This document shows positions 35,863 through 45,194 of a stretch of DNA of 64,000 nt, in pieces (position 1 is the stretch's first letter; each line of letters begins with the position of its first letter). The notes beneath the pieces are model-generated. The model did no database searches, had not been told where the DNA came from, and saw only the letters and a program-made list of their open reading frames with translations. The position numbers and the translations under genes are program-made. This stretch comes from a virus: positions 1-64,000 of IMG/VR virus record IMGVR_UViG_3300008120_000061. One strand, 5' to 3'.

Positions 35863-38800
35863 ATGGCTATATATAAAATTAACACAAGCAATACTAGTTT
35901 TTTAACTACAGGAGAGGAACTTGTTTACGCAGGTAAAAATGGGTTTACTACAACTTTAGGGGCTATTCCAGTTCTGTGCAATTCTTATACGGCTAATGCT
36001 TCTAGTATTGTTCTTAGTGTACCTAATATACATCTACTTCAAGATGATAACTATGCTACTCATATTTTAGCGGTTCCAGCTTTAGAGGGTATAGCCACTA
36101 CATACATTAAAGCTCCTATACTACAGTATGCTGTCAGCACAATTCAAGAAGGTTCTGTAGGATTTACAAATCAAGACTCTACTATAAGTTTAGATATTAA
36201 AAACTATAATATAACTGCAAATACTATAACAGTTTCTAACAAGCCTTATGGGGAATCTTCCCTTGTTAGTACAATATTACCTACACCTCCTTTTTATATT
36301 ACTGCTTATCAAACTCTTACTACTAATAATTTTTCAAATAGAACAGCTTATATATCTGGATCTACTAGGCCAATTAAAAGAACAAATAATGTAGAAGGGG
36401 TAACAGGTACATATTCTGCCAATCTAGGAATAACTCCTAGAAGTAGAAATACTATTAAAGTTTATTTAGATGATAATCAAACTGATAACTTCAATCTTGT
36501 AAATGATAACGTAAGTATATCACTCGATGGTACTACTAGTGAAATAAAAACTGTAGTAGAGCTATACACTGTACCAGCTATAGAATTAAAGGATTTAGTA
36601 TCTCTAACTGTTTTTAATAACTTATATTCAGTTACTAATACTAGCTATATTAGTAATGATGCGTTATACAATGCCAACTTAACTAATAACAACTTTTATA
36701 AAATTAAATTTAATAGAGAATTTTCAGCTAACGTAGGTGGGCTATATCTATTAAATGTGAGCCCTGATTTAACAGGTACTGTAGGTAATTTAACTTCTAA
36801 CTCTTTTACTGTAGACTCTTCTTCCGCTTATCCTTACTCTTATAGTTTATCCAATAATAATATTTACTATCTATATCAGAAAAGCAAAGTTAGATATACT
36901 ACTGCAAGACTTGATGAATTTGGTAGATTACAGGGCACACAACCAGCTACATATATAGTAGAAGCTACTAATATAAATAGATATAACAGATCTAGCAATT
37001 CTATAAGAAAAGTTATAGAGGTAGAACCACTAAACGCTTCCAAAATAGGTAATATAACCATAACAGAATCTATTGTTATAGATACTTCTGGCGGTGCGTC
37101 TATTAATATAACTGCAACATTCCCAACAATACTTGGGAGAGATATAACATCTTATGAGATTAAATATAGAGTTACTTCAGCAGAGGGTGAGGTACTTCCT
37201 GGCGGTATAGCTTCTATACCTCACGACGAATCTATTACTAATATTTCTTATACTATAAATGGACTTCCTAGAGGCAGAACAGCTGGTGGTAACACTGTAG
37301 AAATAACTATAACTCCAATGATTGGATTGTTTAGAGGATTTCCTAAAAGAGTAACTCATTTTATTATAGGTAAACAAGGCAGACCTTCTGGAGTTCAAAA
37401 TCTAAATGTAGCCCAACAAGGACTTTTCTTACTATTCTCTTGGCAGTTCCAGTTAACTACAGAAGGGTACATTCTAGATCTAGATACCAAAGAAGTTGAA
37501 ATTAGGCAATATCCAGGTTTAGTAGATGTAACTTCTACACAGTCTATAGCCGCAGCGTGGGGTTTTTCTATTGTGGTAGCTAGAGTAGCTTTCCCTAATA
37601 CTTCTTATACCCTACCTATTAGTAGCTTTGGACCTTATACTTATCTACTTAGAGTTAGAGATACTAGCGATATAGAAAGTATTGATATTGGAGCTTCAGC
37701 TCTTAGCACTGTTAGACCTTCTACTGTTAGAGTTATCAAATCTTACAATGAAGCAGATCCTTCTACTTCCTATATCACCCAAGATAATGTATCATTCCCT
37801 ACTTCCAATGATTATCCAGAGTTGTCTTTTACTAGTTTTAGTGAATCAATTAATGGTGGCTTAGTTTTAAGTGATAGTTCAAATACAGATAATGCTAATG
37901 GCAGTGCTACAGGATTTTCTCTGTACAGTAATACAAGCTACCTAACTACGTCTACTAATGATTTTACAGAATATATAACCCCTATCAGAGATATGGGCGA
38001 AGTTGTAAGGGCTACTGTTAGAATAGCTCCTATTATAGCCGCGTCAACTCCTGGTATTACATATGGAACATTTTTTACCACTGTAGTATCTGGAGTTACT
38101 GATTTTCATGGTTCTGCAGGGTTATCACCTAGTGCTAATGTATTAGTAGATAACGCTTTTGGAGGCATAGGCTCTATACTAGGATTCAATAATGCTCAAG
38201 CAGCGCCTGTAACCTATAGTAGTACTCAAAAAACTCTTGTAAGTGGCAGTGCTTTGGGAAATGTCTATGCTATACGAAATGTAGGTCAATTTACTGATGA
38301 TGTGTCTAACGCTAATAGTTTTGCACTAATAGCAGGAGTTATTAATGCTAATGCTATAGCATTAGGCGAAGTATACTTTGCCAATGGCAGGCCTTCAGGA
38401 TCTAATAGTTTTGGTAATGTTACTATAGCAGGTAATTCATATGCTTTAATTAACTTATTGCAGTACGGAGATCCAGAAGCTACTGTTACATTCTTAGGCG
38501 AAGAAAGAAGCATATTACAAAACGTTTTTGTTAGATATGCAACTTCTAACGTATACTATGCTGCCAATGCTAATGGTGTTGTGGGATACCCAGGTCACGG
38601 TAATGTAAATGGCAATACTTTTACTGGTGCCGCTAATAATGTTGAATTTGGTTGGAAAAATTATGTTCCTGGTGCTTCTGATTTTCAATATTTCCAAATA
38701 AAACTTCAATTAATTAACTCAGAACCTGAGCAAGCTGAACTCATACTACAAGATCTAAAATATGAAGTAGATACTGAGCAAAAAACTATTAGACAAAAAC

Positions 38801-39018
38801 TTCAGATTACGTCAGTAGCGGGAGTAGTGTTTGACTATTCTTATGCTAATTTTTATGAAATACCTGAAATATCTGCTATAGTAGTTGATTCAGCTATATC
38901 ACAATTCGCTCAAGTTTATGACGTAACAAAAACAAGTTGCAATATTAAAGCTCTAATTTCATCAAATGGAAACTTTAGTGATAATGCTACAATCAGCGTT
39001 ATGGCTGTAGGAGGATAA
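35863..39018 (+). CDS. Central tail fibre / spike, FN3-containing (gpJ C-terminal or T5 pb4-like)
   Basis: SD AGGAG; FN3-like SYEIKYR, GKQGRPSGVQNL, YLLRVRDTS; C-terminal FQYFQIKL..FYEIPEI. Confidence 0.65.
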   Translation: MAIYKINTSNTSFLTTGEELVYAGKNGFTTTLGAIPVLCNSYTANASSIVLSVPNIHLLQDDNYATHILAVPALEGIATTYIKAPILQYAVSTIQEGSVGFTNQDSTISLDIKNYNITANTITVSNKPYGESSLVSTILPTPPFYITAYQTLTTNNFSNRTAYISGSTRPIKRTNNVEGVTGTYSANLGITPRSRNTIKVYLDDNQTDNFNLVNDNVSISLDGTTSEIKTVVELYTVPAIELKDLVSLTVFNNLYSVTNTSYISNDALYNANLTNNNFYKIKFNREFSANVGGLYLLNVSPDLTGTVGNLTSNSFTVDSSSAYPYSYSLSNNNIYYLYQKSKVRYTTARLDEFGRLQGTQPATYIVEATNINRYNRSSNSIRKVIEVEPLNASKIGNITITESIVIDTSGGASINITATFPTILGRDITSYEIKYRVTSAEGEVLPGGIASIPHDESITNISYTINGLPRGRTAGGNTVEITITPMIGLFRGFPKRVTHFIIGKQGRPSGVQNLNVAQQGLFLLFSWQFQLTTEGYILDLDTKEVEIRQYPGLVDVTSTQSIAAAWGFSIVVARVAFPNTSYTLPISSFGPYTYLLRVRDTSDIESIDIGASALSTVRPSTVRVIKSYNEADPSTSYITQDNVSFPTSNDYPELSFTSFSESINGGLVLSDSSNTDNANGSATGFSLYSNTSYLTTSTNDFTEYITPIRDMGEVVRATVRIAPIIAASTPGITYGTFFTTVVSGVTDFHGSAGLSPSANVLVDNAFGGIGSILGFNNAQAAPVTYSSTQKTLVSGSALGNVYAIRNVGQFTDDVSNANSFALIAGVINANAIALGEVYFANGRPSGSNSFGNVTIAGNSYALINLLQYGDPEATVTFLGEERSILQNVFVRYATSNVYYAANANGVVGYPGHGNVNGNTFTGAANNVEFGWKNYVPGASDFQYFQIKLQLINSEPEQAELILQDLKYEVDTEQKTIRQKLQITSVAGVVFDYSYANFYEIPEISAIVVDSAISQFAQVYDVTKTSCNIKALISSNGNFSDNATISVMAVGG

Positions 39019-39378
39019 ATGAATAAAATTATATTATACGCTATAATAGTATCTGCTGCTGTAGGGTACTTTATTTATACTCAAACTCGTATGCAATCAC
39101 TAGTAAAAACCAATGCTAATTTATCTACAAGTCTAGAGGCTAGTGAAAGCAATATGAATAATTATAAAGAAGCTATAGACAGACAACAAAAGCTACTAGG
39201 CGAAGTAAGCACAGCTAAAGCTGCGGCTGAACAGCAAGCAAAAGACGCACTAAAAGCTATGGAAGAAAATAATTTAGGATACTTAAGTGAGCAAAAACCT
39301 GAATTAATAGAAAAAGCAATAAATAGAGGTACTAAGAATGTATTTAAAGAAATTGAAACTATTACTGGCGGTCAGTAG
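39019..39378 (+). CDS. Inner-membrane spanin (Rz-like)
   Basis: N-terminal TM helix, coiled coil, KPELIEKAINRGT; overlaps a lipoprotein gene. Confidence 0.75.
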   Translation: MNKIILYAIIVSAAVGYFIYTQTRMQSLVKTNANLSTSLEASESNMNNYKEAIDRQQKLLGEVSTAKAAAEQQAKDALKAMEENNLGYLSEQKPELIEKAINRGTKNVFKEIETITGGQ

Positions 39379-39673
39379 TACTATACTGTTAGCTGGATGT
39401 GTTGGCGGGTCAGAGCCTCCTAAGGTTTTACCAGTACCTGACGCTCCACCAATAATAGCACCAGAAAAACCCAGAGCAGTAACTACTAAACCCGTAAGCT
39501 TTTTAGTTATAACACAAAATAACTTAGACAAATTAAAAAGTGAGCCAGTGTGGTATGCTATTACTCCTGGCAGTTATGAAAACTTAGCTTTTAACACCCA
39601 AGAAATGCTAAGATTTATTAAGCAGCAAAAAACTATTATACAATATTACGAAGGCGCTACTGCACCAAAATAA
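39338..39673 (+). CDS. Outer-membrane spanin (Rz1-like lipoprotein)
   Basis: Lipobox LLAGC, Pro-rich linker, YENLAFN..LRFIKQQK..YYE. Confidence 0.8.
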   Translation: MYLKKLKLLLAVSSTILLAGCVGGSEPPKVLPVPDAPPIIAPEKPRAVTTKPVSFLVITQNNLDKLKSEPVWYAITPGSYENLAFNTQEMLRFIKQQKTIIQYYEGATAPK

Positions 39674-39688
39674 TTGTAAAAAATTAAA

Positions 39689-39716
39689 TTGACTTAGATA
39701 TTCGATATGCTATAAT
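39689..39716 (+). promoter_or_regulatory. Sigma70-type promoter with extended -10
   Basis: TTGACT-16 nt-TATAAT with TGC before the -10. Confidence 0.75.
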
Positions 39717-39738
39717 GTATATATAAGGAGTAAATCCG

Positions 39739-39936
39739 ATGATTAAAAAGAAAAATCTTATATTTCTGCCTAATACTGGTGACGAGCAATATTACCCTGT
39801 TGATAAACAAGGAGTAGATGAAACGTTACTTAAATTATCAAGCGCAGATCACCCAAATGTCAATTCTCTAGACTACATACCTGTTAGACATGAGAGTAGA
39901 GGCATGATACCTATAAAAAATAAACCAAAACGCTAA
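39739..39936 (+). CDS. Hypothetical protein
   Basis: SD AAGGAG downstream of the promoter. Confidence 0.65.
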   Translation: MIKKKNLIFLPNTGDEQYYPVDKQGVDETLLKLSSADHPNVNSLDYIPVRHESRGMIPIKNKPKR

Positions 39937-39950
39937 TTAGGAGATAACAT

Positions 39951-40271
39951 ATGGCAAAATTGCAAAATATGGCTGGCGCAGATAATACTATTTCTGGAAA
40001 CCCATCTGAGTACTACACTCAGGCTTCTGGTGAGGGACTAGTTAGTCCTATTATCGCTCCAATGCCAACAGCTGGCGGAACACCTGCGATGCGCGGAGTT
40101 AAGGTAAACTATCCAAACTCTAATGAAGCCGGAATTCGTGGTTCTATCAATGATGGAGCAACTGTATCTGGTGGAGTAAAGGGTAAGAAAGTAACTTCAG
40201 GAGCTCCTATGAGACACCCTGTAAACGGTACTAATCCAGCAAAGCCTGTTCAACGCAAAGGCAAAAGATAA
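39951..40271 (+). CDS. Hypothetical Gly/Pro-rich protein with basic C-terminus
   Basis: SD AGGAG; ends at the terminator. Confidence 0.75.
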   Translation: MAKLQNMAGADNTISGNPSEYYTQASGEGLVSPIIAPMPTAGGTPAMRGVKVNYPNSNEAGIRGSINDGATVSGGVKGKKVTSGAPMRHPVNGTNPAKPVQRKGKR

Positions 40272-40274
40272 AAT

Positions 40275-40302
40275 AAAAACCCCGGAATTTCCGGGGTTTT
40301 TT
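40275..40302. terminator. Bidirectional rho-independent terminator between the convergent arms
   Basis: AAAAACCCCGGA-ATT-TCCGGGGTTTTTT. Confidence 0.92.
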
Positions 40303-40303
40303 A

Positions 40304-40654
40304 TTAGAACTTCTCTCGCTCAGAAAAGAACCAACATTTATAGTAGTTTTCTAATTCCGCATAACTACCAAAATACGCTGCTCCTTTAAATATCGAGGGA
40401 GATTTTTTAGTTTGATACTGGACGATTAGTCTGCGCTGCCATTCAGGATTAAGTATTACCGGTTTAACACTTTCTTTATGTTCTCTTAGTAGCTCTATAG
40501 CTTTAGCAGTCCAAGGGCAGTTTTCAATGCCAATAACTGTCCATACAGCAGTATCATCTACGTTTCTAATTCTTTCTTCTTTTAGTTCCTGTTTAACTAC
40601 AGGTTTAGCCGTTACATTAGTTGTAGCGGTTTTTGTATTTGCACTAGTTGTCAT
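40304..40654 (-). CDS. Glutaredoxin-like protein (CPWT active site)
   Basis: IENCPWTAKAIELL..SPSIF..YFGSYAEL. Confidence 0.6.
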   Translation of the reverse strand: MTTSANTKTATTNVTAKPVVKQELKEERIRNVDDTAVWTVIGIENCPWTAKAIELLREHKESVKPVILNPEWQRRLIVQYQTKKSPSIFKGAAYFGSYAELENYYKCWFFSEREKF

Positions 40655-41351
40655 TTTGTTTTTCCTTATTGTTAATAGTAGTTGCTAAAGGGAAAATTTT
40701 AGAAATAGCTTTACCAATCTCTTTTGCAATTAGCATGTGTTCTTTTTGCGTTCCGTTTGCTGAACGAAGTTCAATGTAATGAATCCACGAACGAATAGTT
40801 CCTTGCATGTATAGACGACTTACAGTATTACCTTCTGGAAGTACCACACGAGCTTGTTCCTTGGCAATTCCAATTTCTGCACTTAAAGCCCAATCATATG
40901 CTTCTTTAGCTGCTTTAATTACTGCCTCTTGTCTACGACGCCACTCTCTATCAATATCTCTATAATATTCTCGAGTTAAATCCAACTCAACTGAATCTTG
41001 ACGATTAGTCGGATGCTGGAGACGCGCTTCACGGATAACAAACGACTCGCCAAGAGCATCAACTTCTTTATATCGCTGGCTAAACTCTTGAAAGGAGAAT
41101 GAACGGTGACGTAACATTTGTCGAGCGATATCGCGAGTAGTTTCAATCTCCATAGTTGCACTAACCATTTCAAAAGGTGACCAGTGCTGATGTTTGATTA
41201 GATATCTTAGCAAACGATCTGAGCTATCAAACTGTTTCTGAAATTGAGGATTTGATACTTTAGCGCAATACGCAATAATATCTTGAATATCCTCAAGCCC
41301 TTCAATTTCGCTTTCGATTGGTTGGCTACATGCAAATAGTTTAACTTTCAT
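40644..41351 (-). CDS. thyX: Flavin-dependent thymidylate synthase
   Basis: HWSPFE, RHRSFSFQEFSQRY, KEQARVVLP, TQKEH. Confidence 0.96.
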   Translation of the reverse strand: MKVKLFACSQPIESEIEGLEDIQDIIAYCAKVSNPQFQKQFDSSDRLLRYLIKHQHWSPFEMVSATMEIETTRDIARQMLRHRSFSFQEFSQRYKEVDALGESFVIREARLQHPTNRQDSVELDLTREYYRDIDREWRRRQEAVIKAAKEAYDWALSAEIGIAKEQARVVLPEGNTVSRLYMQGTIRSWIHYIELRSANGTQKEHMLIAKEIGKAISKIFPLATTINNKEKQNDN

Positions 41352-41353
41352 TA

Positions 41354-42211
41354 TTACCCTTTTACAGCTTTATCCAACATGTCAATAATAAGATCTTGTT
41401 TTTCAACTGATCTCAACACGTCTTCAATATAGTCTAATAGATTAATTAGTTTCTCATTTCTAGTTAGTGTGTCTACGCTTTTGTTTAGATTTTGAATATA
41501 CTTAGCTTTTCCAACAATAGGTAAACTGTTAATCAGATTATCTAGCGTTTTGTATTCTTTTACTAAGGCAATGCTACGCTTAGGACCAATCCCTTCTACC
41601 CCACTAATATTATCGCCAGAATCGCCTTCAATAATTCGAGCCATAGCGTATTCACGAGGTGTTAGTTCAAAATTATCTAGTAAATACTGTAAATCAATCT
41701 CTTTTCTAGAATACATATTAAAAATGCTTACATCTTCTTTAATAAGCTGGTACAAATCCCTATCACTAGAAACAATCCAAGTGTGTGAGTATTTACTATT
41801 AAGATTTTTAGAAAAGTAAGCAATTAGATCGTCTGCTTCAATGCCTTTAAACTTAAAGTGTTCGAATGGCAGAGCGTCAATAGTATCAGATAAACAGTTA
41901 AAGAACTCTGTAAAGCGTTCTTGATCTTCTTCACTACGTTCTACTTTTCTGTTAGCTTTGTATTCTGGAAATAGATTTTTTCTATATGCAGAAGCGCCTG
42001 AGTCAAAACAGCAAATAATGCGTTTAGCTTCATAACTTTTACCAAGGCTAGTAACAGTTCTAATATAATCTTCTGTAAAATTATTATAATTCTTACGTTG
42101 TAAATATCTAAATGCTAGATTTACTCCGTCAATAAGCAATAGATTATTAGCATTTTCTACAGCTTTTTTAGCTTGCGTTAGTTCTGCAAGATCATCCCAA
42201 TTTGTTACCAC
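41354..42211 (-). CDS. 5'-3' flap endonuclease (T5 D15-like)
   Basis: LLIDG, PEYKANR, EADDLI, SSDRDLYQL, GDSGDNISGVEGIGPK. Confidence 0.93.
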   Translation of the reverse strand: MVTNWDDLAELTQAKKAVENANNLLLIDGVNLAFRYLQRKNYNNFTEDYIRTVTSLGKSYEAKRIICCFDSGASAYRKNLFPEYKANRKVERSEEDQERFTEFFNCLSDTIDALPFEHFKFKGIEADDLIAYFSKNLNSKYSHTWIVSSDRDLYQLIKEDVSIFNMYSRKEIDLQYLLDNFELTPREYAMARIIEGDSGDNISGVEGIGPKRSIALVKEYKTLDNLINSLPIVGKAKYIQNLNKSVDTLTRNEKLINLLDYIEDVLRSVEKQDLIIDMLDKAVKG

Positions 42212-42242
42212 AATATTCCTCTTAAATTAATTATCATATGTA

Positions 42243-42271
42243 ATATTATCATATAAACTAGCGAGTAGCAA
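42243..42271 (-). promoter_or_regulatory. Sigma70-type promoter
   Basis: TTGCTA-17 nt-TAATAT on the - strand. Confidence 0.65.
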
Positions 42272-42277
42272 GAATAA

Positions 42278-42730
42278 TTATGAATTGCCTTTAAGCTTTA
42301 TCTGAGCTTTAGGAATCCAATCATCTAATAAACCCATTTTAAATTCACAATCTGCACTCTTTATAAATAGATAATTGTTTATTTTAATATCATCATCTAT
42401 CCAACATACATAGTTCTTGCTTCTATCCCATCTATATATTAGTAGTGGTAACTTTTTCATTACAGCAGCTTCTCTAGTAGTTTGTCTCCAAAAATCTAGC
42501 AGTAGCGAGCTTTTAGCTGTTAGAACGTTATTCCAAGGCACTTCTTTGTGGTGCTTAGCTTCTATACACCAAGGAAAATCAGGTTTCCAAGGTGCATAAA
42601 CATCACCTTTTAAATAAGAAAGAGCGCCCGATAAAGGCACTCTTTCAAATTGTGTTTTAAAAGCATCTGTGAATATATCTCTTACAACATATTCATAAGT
42701 CCTGCCCTTAGTTTTACTTAAATTTGACAT
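42278..42730 (-). CDS. Holliday junction resolvase-like nuclease (T5 D14-like)
   Basis: SKTKGRTYE, FERVPLSGA, KGDV, CIEAKH. Confidence 0.85.
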   Translation of the reverse strand: MSNLSKTKGRTYEYVVRDIFTDAFKTQFERVPLSGALSYLKGDVYAPWKPDFPWCIEAKHHKEVPWNNVLTAKSSLLLDFWRQTTREAAVMKKLPLLIYRWDRSKNYVCWIDDDIKINNYLFIKSADCEFKMGLLDDWIPKAQIKLKGNS

Positions 42731-42748
42731 AAATTACTCCTTAGCTTA

Positions 42749-42777
42749 AAGATAGCAATTTATAAGCTAAGAGTCAA
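42749..42777 (-). promoter_or_regulatory. Sigma70-type promoter
   Basis: TTGACT-17 nt-TATCTT with TGn. Confidence 0.7.
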
Positions 42778-42786
42778 AAAAGTTTT

Positions 42787-43014
42787 TTAAATAGTTTGCT
42801 CAAAGTATTTTACTAAATCGTCATATCCGCCAATACGAACATCTCCAAGATATATTTGAGGAACTGTTTTTACTTCTGGATACCTAGCAAGCAGTTCGAG
42901 CCTGAGTTCTGGAGTTTCAATGTTTTTCTCTAGAAACTCAATACTCTTACTGCTTAGTAGTTGTTTTGCTTTTACACAATATGAGCAAGTGCTTTTTGTA
43001 TAAACTGTAAACAT
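42787..43014 (-). CDS. Glutaredoxin
   Basis: CSYC, TVPQI, IGGYDDL; directly after nrdJ. Confidence 0.92.
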   Translation of the reverse strand: MFTVYTKSTCSYCVKAKQLLSSKSIEFLEKNIETPELRLELLARYPEVKTVPQIYLGDVRIGGYDDLVKYFEQTI

Positions 43015-43017
43015 AGT

Positions 43018-45141
43018 TTAGATAGCGCAACCTGTGCTATCACAGAACTTATTAGCATTAGCATCTTCACCTTCCGCAGTTAGGGTGCTAAAGTCTAGAG
43101 GCAATAGAGTTGCGGCATAAGCTTCAATTTCTTCTCTAGGAGTAGAAATATATGGAGCTTGTGCATAACCATGATCGCTAAGCGGTAGTAAGCTAACTCC
43201 TTTTAGCTGCTTGTCAAAACAACTTAAAGCTCTAGCAATTTGAGACTTTTCATGTTCTCTAAAAGTGATAGTAATACTTACTTGGTTATCACTCCACTCA
43301 CGCTGTAGATCAACAGCATTAGCAAATTGTTCCCAAATACTAACATCTTTATTGCTGATAGTACCTTTTTCATGTAGAACTGGGAAGTAAACTATAGAAG
43401 TTCTTGTAGGATCGCTAACTGCTGGTTCAATTCTGTAGTTAGCAGCTTGCATAATTGGTAGCAGTTCGCTTGTGTTAGAAACTCTAACTGTTCTATAGTA
43501 GCTTTCTGCTTCTGCGTGGTGAATACCAGGTAAAGCTCCTGCTACTAACGAAACTGTTCCACTTGGCTTTACGCTAGTCTTCTTAACAGAAAGAGGACTG
43601 CCTAGCCATTCAGAATACTTCTGATCTAAGTAGTTAACATAGTTGTAAGCTCTGTCACAGAATTCGTCTAGATACTTACGTCTTCCAAACTTTAGAATTG
43701 CTTCTTGAATACCGCTCTGAGAAGTGCCAATTCTACGATTACGCTTAATAACGTCATTAGTTTCTCTCCAGTGAGTAGGAACTAATGTAACTGTTTTAGC
43801 GTATAGATATGCAAATTTTAGAGTACGCTGGAAGTCCCAATAATCATTATGTTTTGCTGGGTAGGTTTCAACTAAGCAGCATAGTTCGTATGGCTCTAGT
43901 GACTGTTCTAAGCAAGGATTACCTCCGCGAACTCTGCTATCTTTCCAGTCAGCTGGATCTTTCATGCGTCCGTAAGCTTGCATATTTTCTAACCATGCAA
44001 ATCCTGGCTCACCATTTACAGCAATGCTTTCAGCTGGTGCAGTATAATCCATACCTACTTTTGCAAATAGAGAGTTGTTAGATGCCCAACGCCATCCGCC
44101 GAACTTGTATGCCCAAATCTTATCCGAGTATTTTTTAGCGATTACAGCTCTTGAGTTCCAATCACTGTTATAAGTGTTATAATCTTCTTCGTTAAGCTCT
44201 TTTAGCTCAATAGGTGCTATGGAACCAGTTTCAACTCCAAACTGTTGCCAGTCTTTCATCTTAGTAAATTCTTCATCTTCAGGTTCGCCAAATGCAATTT
44301 CTGCTGTACGACGAACGTTACCCGCTACTACAATTTTACCAATAATGTTCATAATATCAGTAATATCTACAGAGGTTAGTAGTGGATTATCACTTACAGC
44401 ACGCTTTTCTAGTACATCACGAATACCATTAAATCCTTGTACTAGCGGTTCTGGTCCAGAAGCTACACCACCAAATCCCTTAATAGGTTCGCCATAAGCA
44501 CGAACTAAGCTAGTATCAGGAATTACAGGATTAGAACCTTCTTCCAAGTAAGAATCGATTAAGCAAGAAATTAGCTCTACCCAGCCTTCACGACTATCTT
44601 CTACAGTAATAAGTTCTGCATCGCCCTGCGGCACATAAGAAGCTACTTTACCTGCTCCTTTAGTATCAAAACCTACCCCAACTCCAACCATGCTCATATC
44701 CATTAAGAATGCGAATGGTTTAGATAGTTCTGCATCAATATTTTCAGTACTAACAAAAGCACAGTTATTTAGGCAAGCTCCGCCTTTTTCCCACACAAAG
44801 TCAGTACCCATCATCCATAGTCCGCGACCTGGAGGAGTCCATTTAAATGTGTATAGTCTAGTAGCTGCTTCTTCTGCTAGTTTATGGCCGCGCTTTTCAT
44901 CCCAAGTATGACCAGAAGTTAATGAGTGTGTTTTTAAAATAGAAAACATACCTTCAATAACGCGTACTACGCACTCTGACCATGTTTCTAGTTTACCGTT
45001 ATCCTTTTTTCTTGCATACGTTCTGTAGTATGTAAAAGCAGATAAACCGCCGTAGCCCCAGCTTACCGGAGTGTTATATAGTTCATCCTTAAAGTTTTGT
45101 TTTAGTTGGAATTTAATTGGATTTTTTCCAATAGTAATCAT
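43018..45141 (-). CDS. nrdJ: Class II (adenosylcobalamin-dependent) ribonucleotide reductase, monomeric type
   Basis: PPGRGLW, LNNC, GVGVGFD, VVAGNVRRTA, GEPG, NPCLEQ, CCLVE, VKPSGTVS, C-terminal CDSTGC. Confidence 0.95.
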   Translation of the reverse strand: MITIGKNPIKFQLKQNFKDELYNTPVSWGYGGLSAFTYYRTYARKKDNGKLETWSECVVRVIEGMFSILKTHSLTSGHTWDEKRGHKLAEEAATRLYTFKWTPPGRGLWMMGTDFVWEKGGACLNNCAFVSTENIDAELSKPFAFLMDMSMVGVGVGFDTKGAGKVASYVPQGDAELITVEDSREGWVELISCLIDSYLEEGSNPVIPDTSLVRAYGEPIKGFGGVASGPEPLVQGFNGIRDVLEKRAVSDNPLLTSVDITDIMNIIGKIVVAGNVRRTAEIAFGEPEDEEFTKMKDWQQFGVETGSIAPIELKELNEEDYNTYNSDWNSRAVIAKKYSDKIWAYKFGGWRWASNNSLFAKVGMDYTAPAESIAVNGEPGFAWLENMQAYGRMKDPADWKDSRVRGGNPCLEQSLEPYELCCLVETYPAKHNDYWDFQRTLKFAYLYAKTVTLVPTHWRETNDVIKRNRRIGTSQSGIQEAILKFGRRKYLDEFCDRAYNYVNYLDQKYSEWLGSPLSVKKTSVKPSGTVSLVAGALPGIHHAEAESYYRTVRVSNTSELLPIMQAANYRIEPAVSDPTRTSIVYFPVLHEKGTISNKDVSIWEQFANAVDLQREWSDNQVSITITFREHEKSQIARALSCFDKQLKGVSLLPLSDHGYAQAPYISTPREEIEAYAATLLPLDFSTLTAEGEDANANKFCDSTGCAI

Positions 45142-45160
45142 TTAGTTTCTCCTTACGCAT

Positions 45161-45194
45161 AAAAGAATCTATCCGCCCCCTCAAGAGCGGATAG
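45161..45194 (-). terminator. Hairpin overlapping the D13 stop codon, upstream of nrdJ (possible attenuator)
   Basis: CTATCCGC-TCTTGAGGGG-GCGGATAG then ATTCTTTT. Confidence 0.55.

Noticed and set aside
35830-35865. Frameshift fusing the two gpJ-like ORFs
   Set aside because: No clear slippery heptamer and the second ORF has its own AGGAG SD
44090-44260. Insertion of about 50 aa in NrdJ as an intein or intron
   Set aside because: Too short, frame intact, no C/S...HN splice motifs; none seen in PolA, helicases or TerL either
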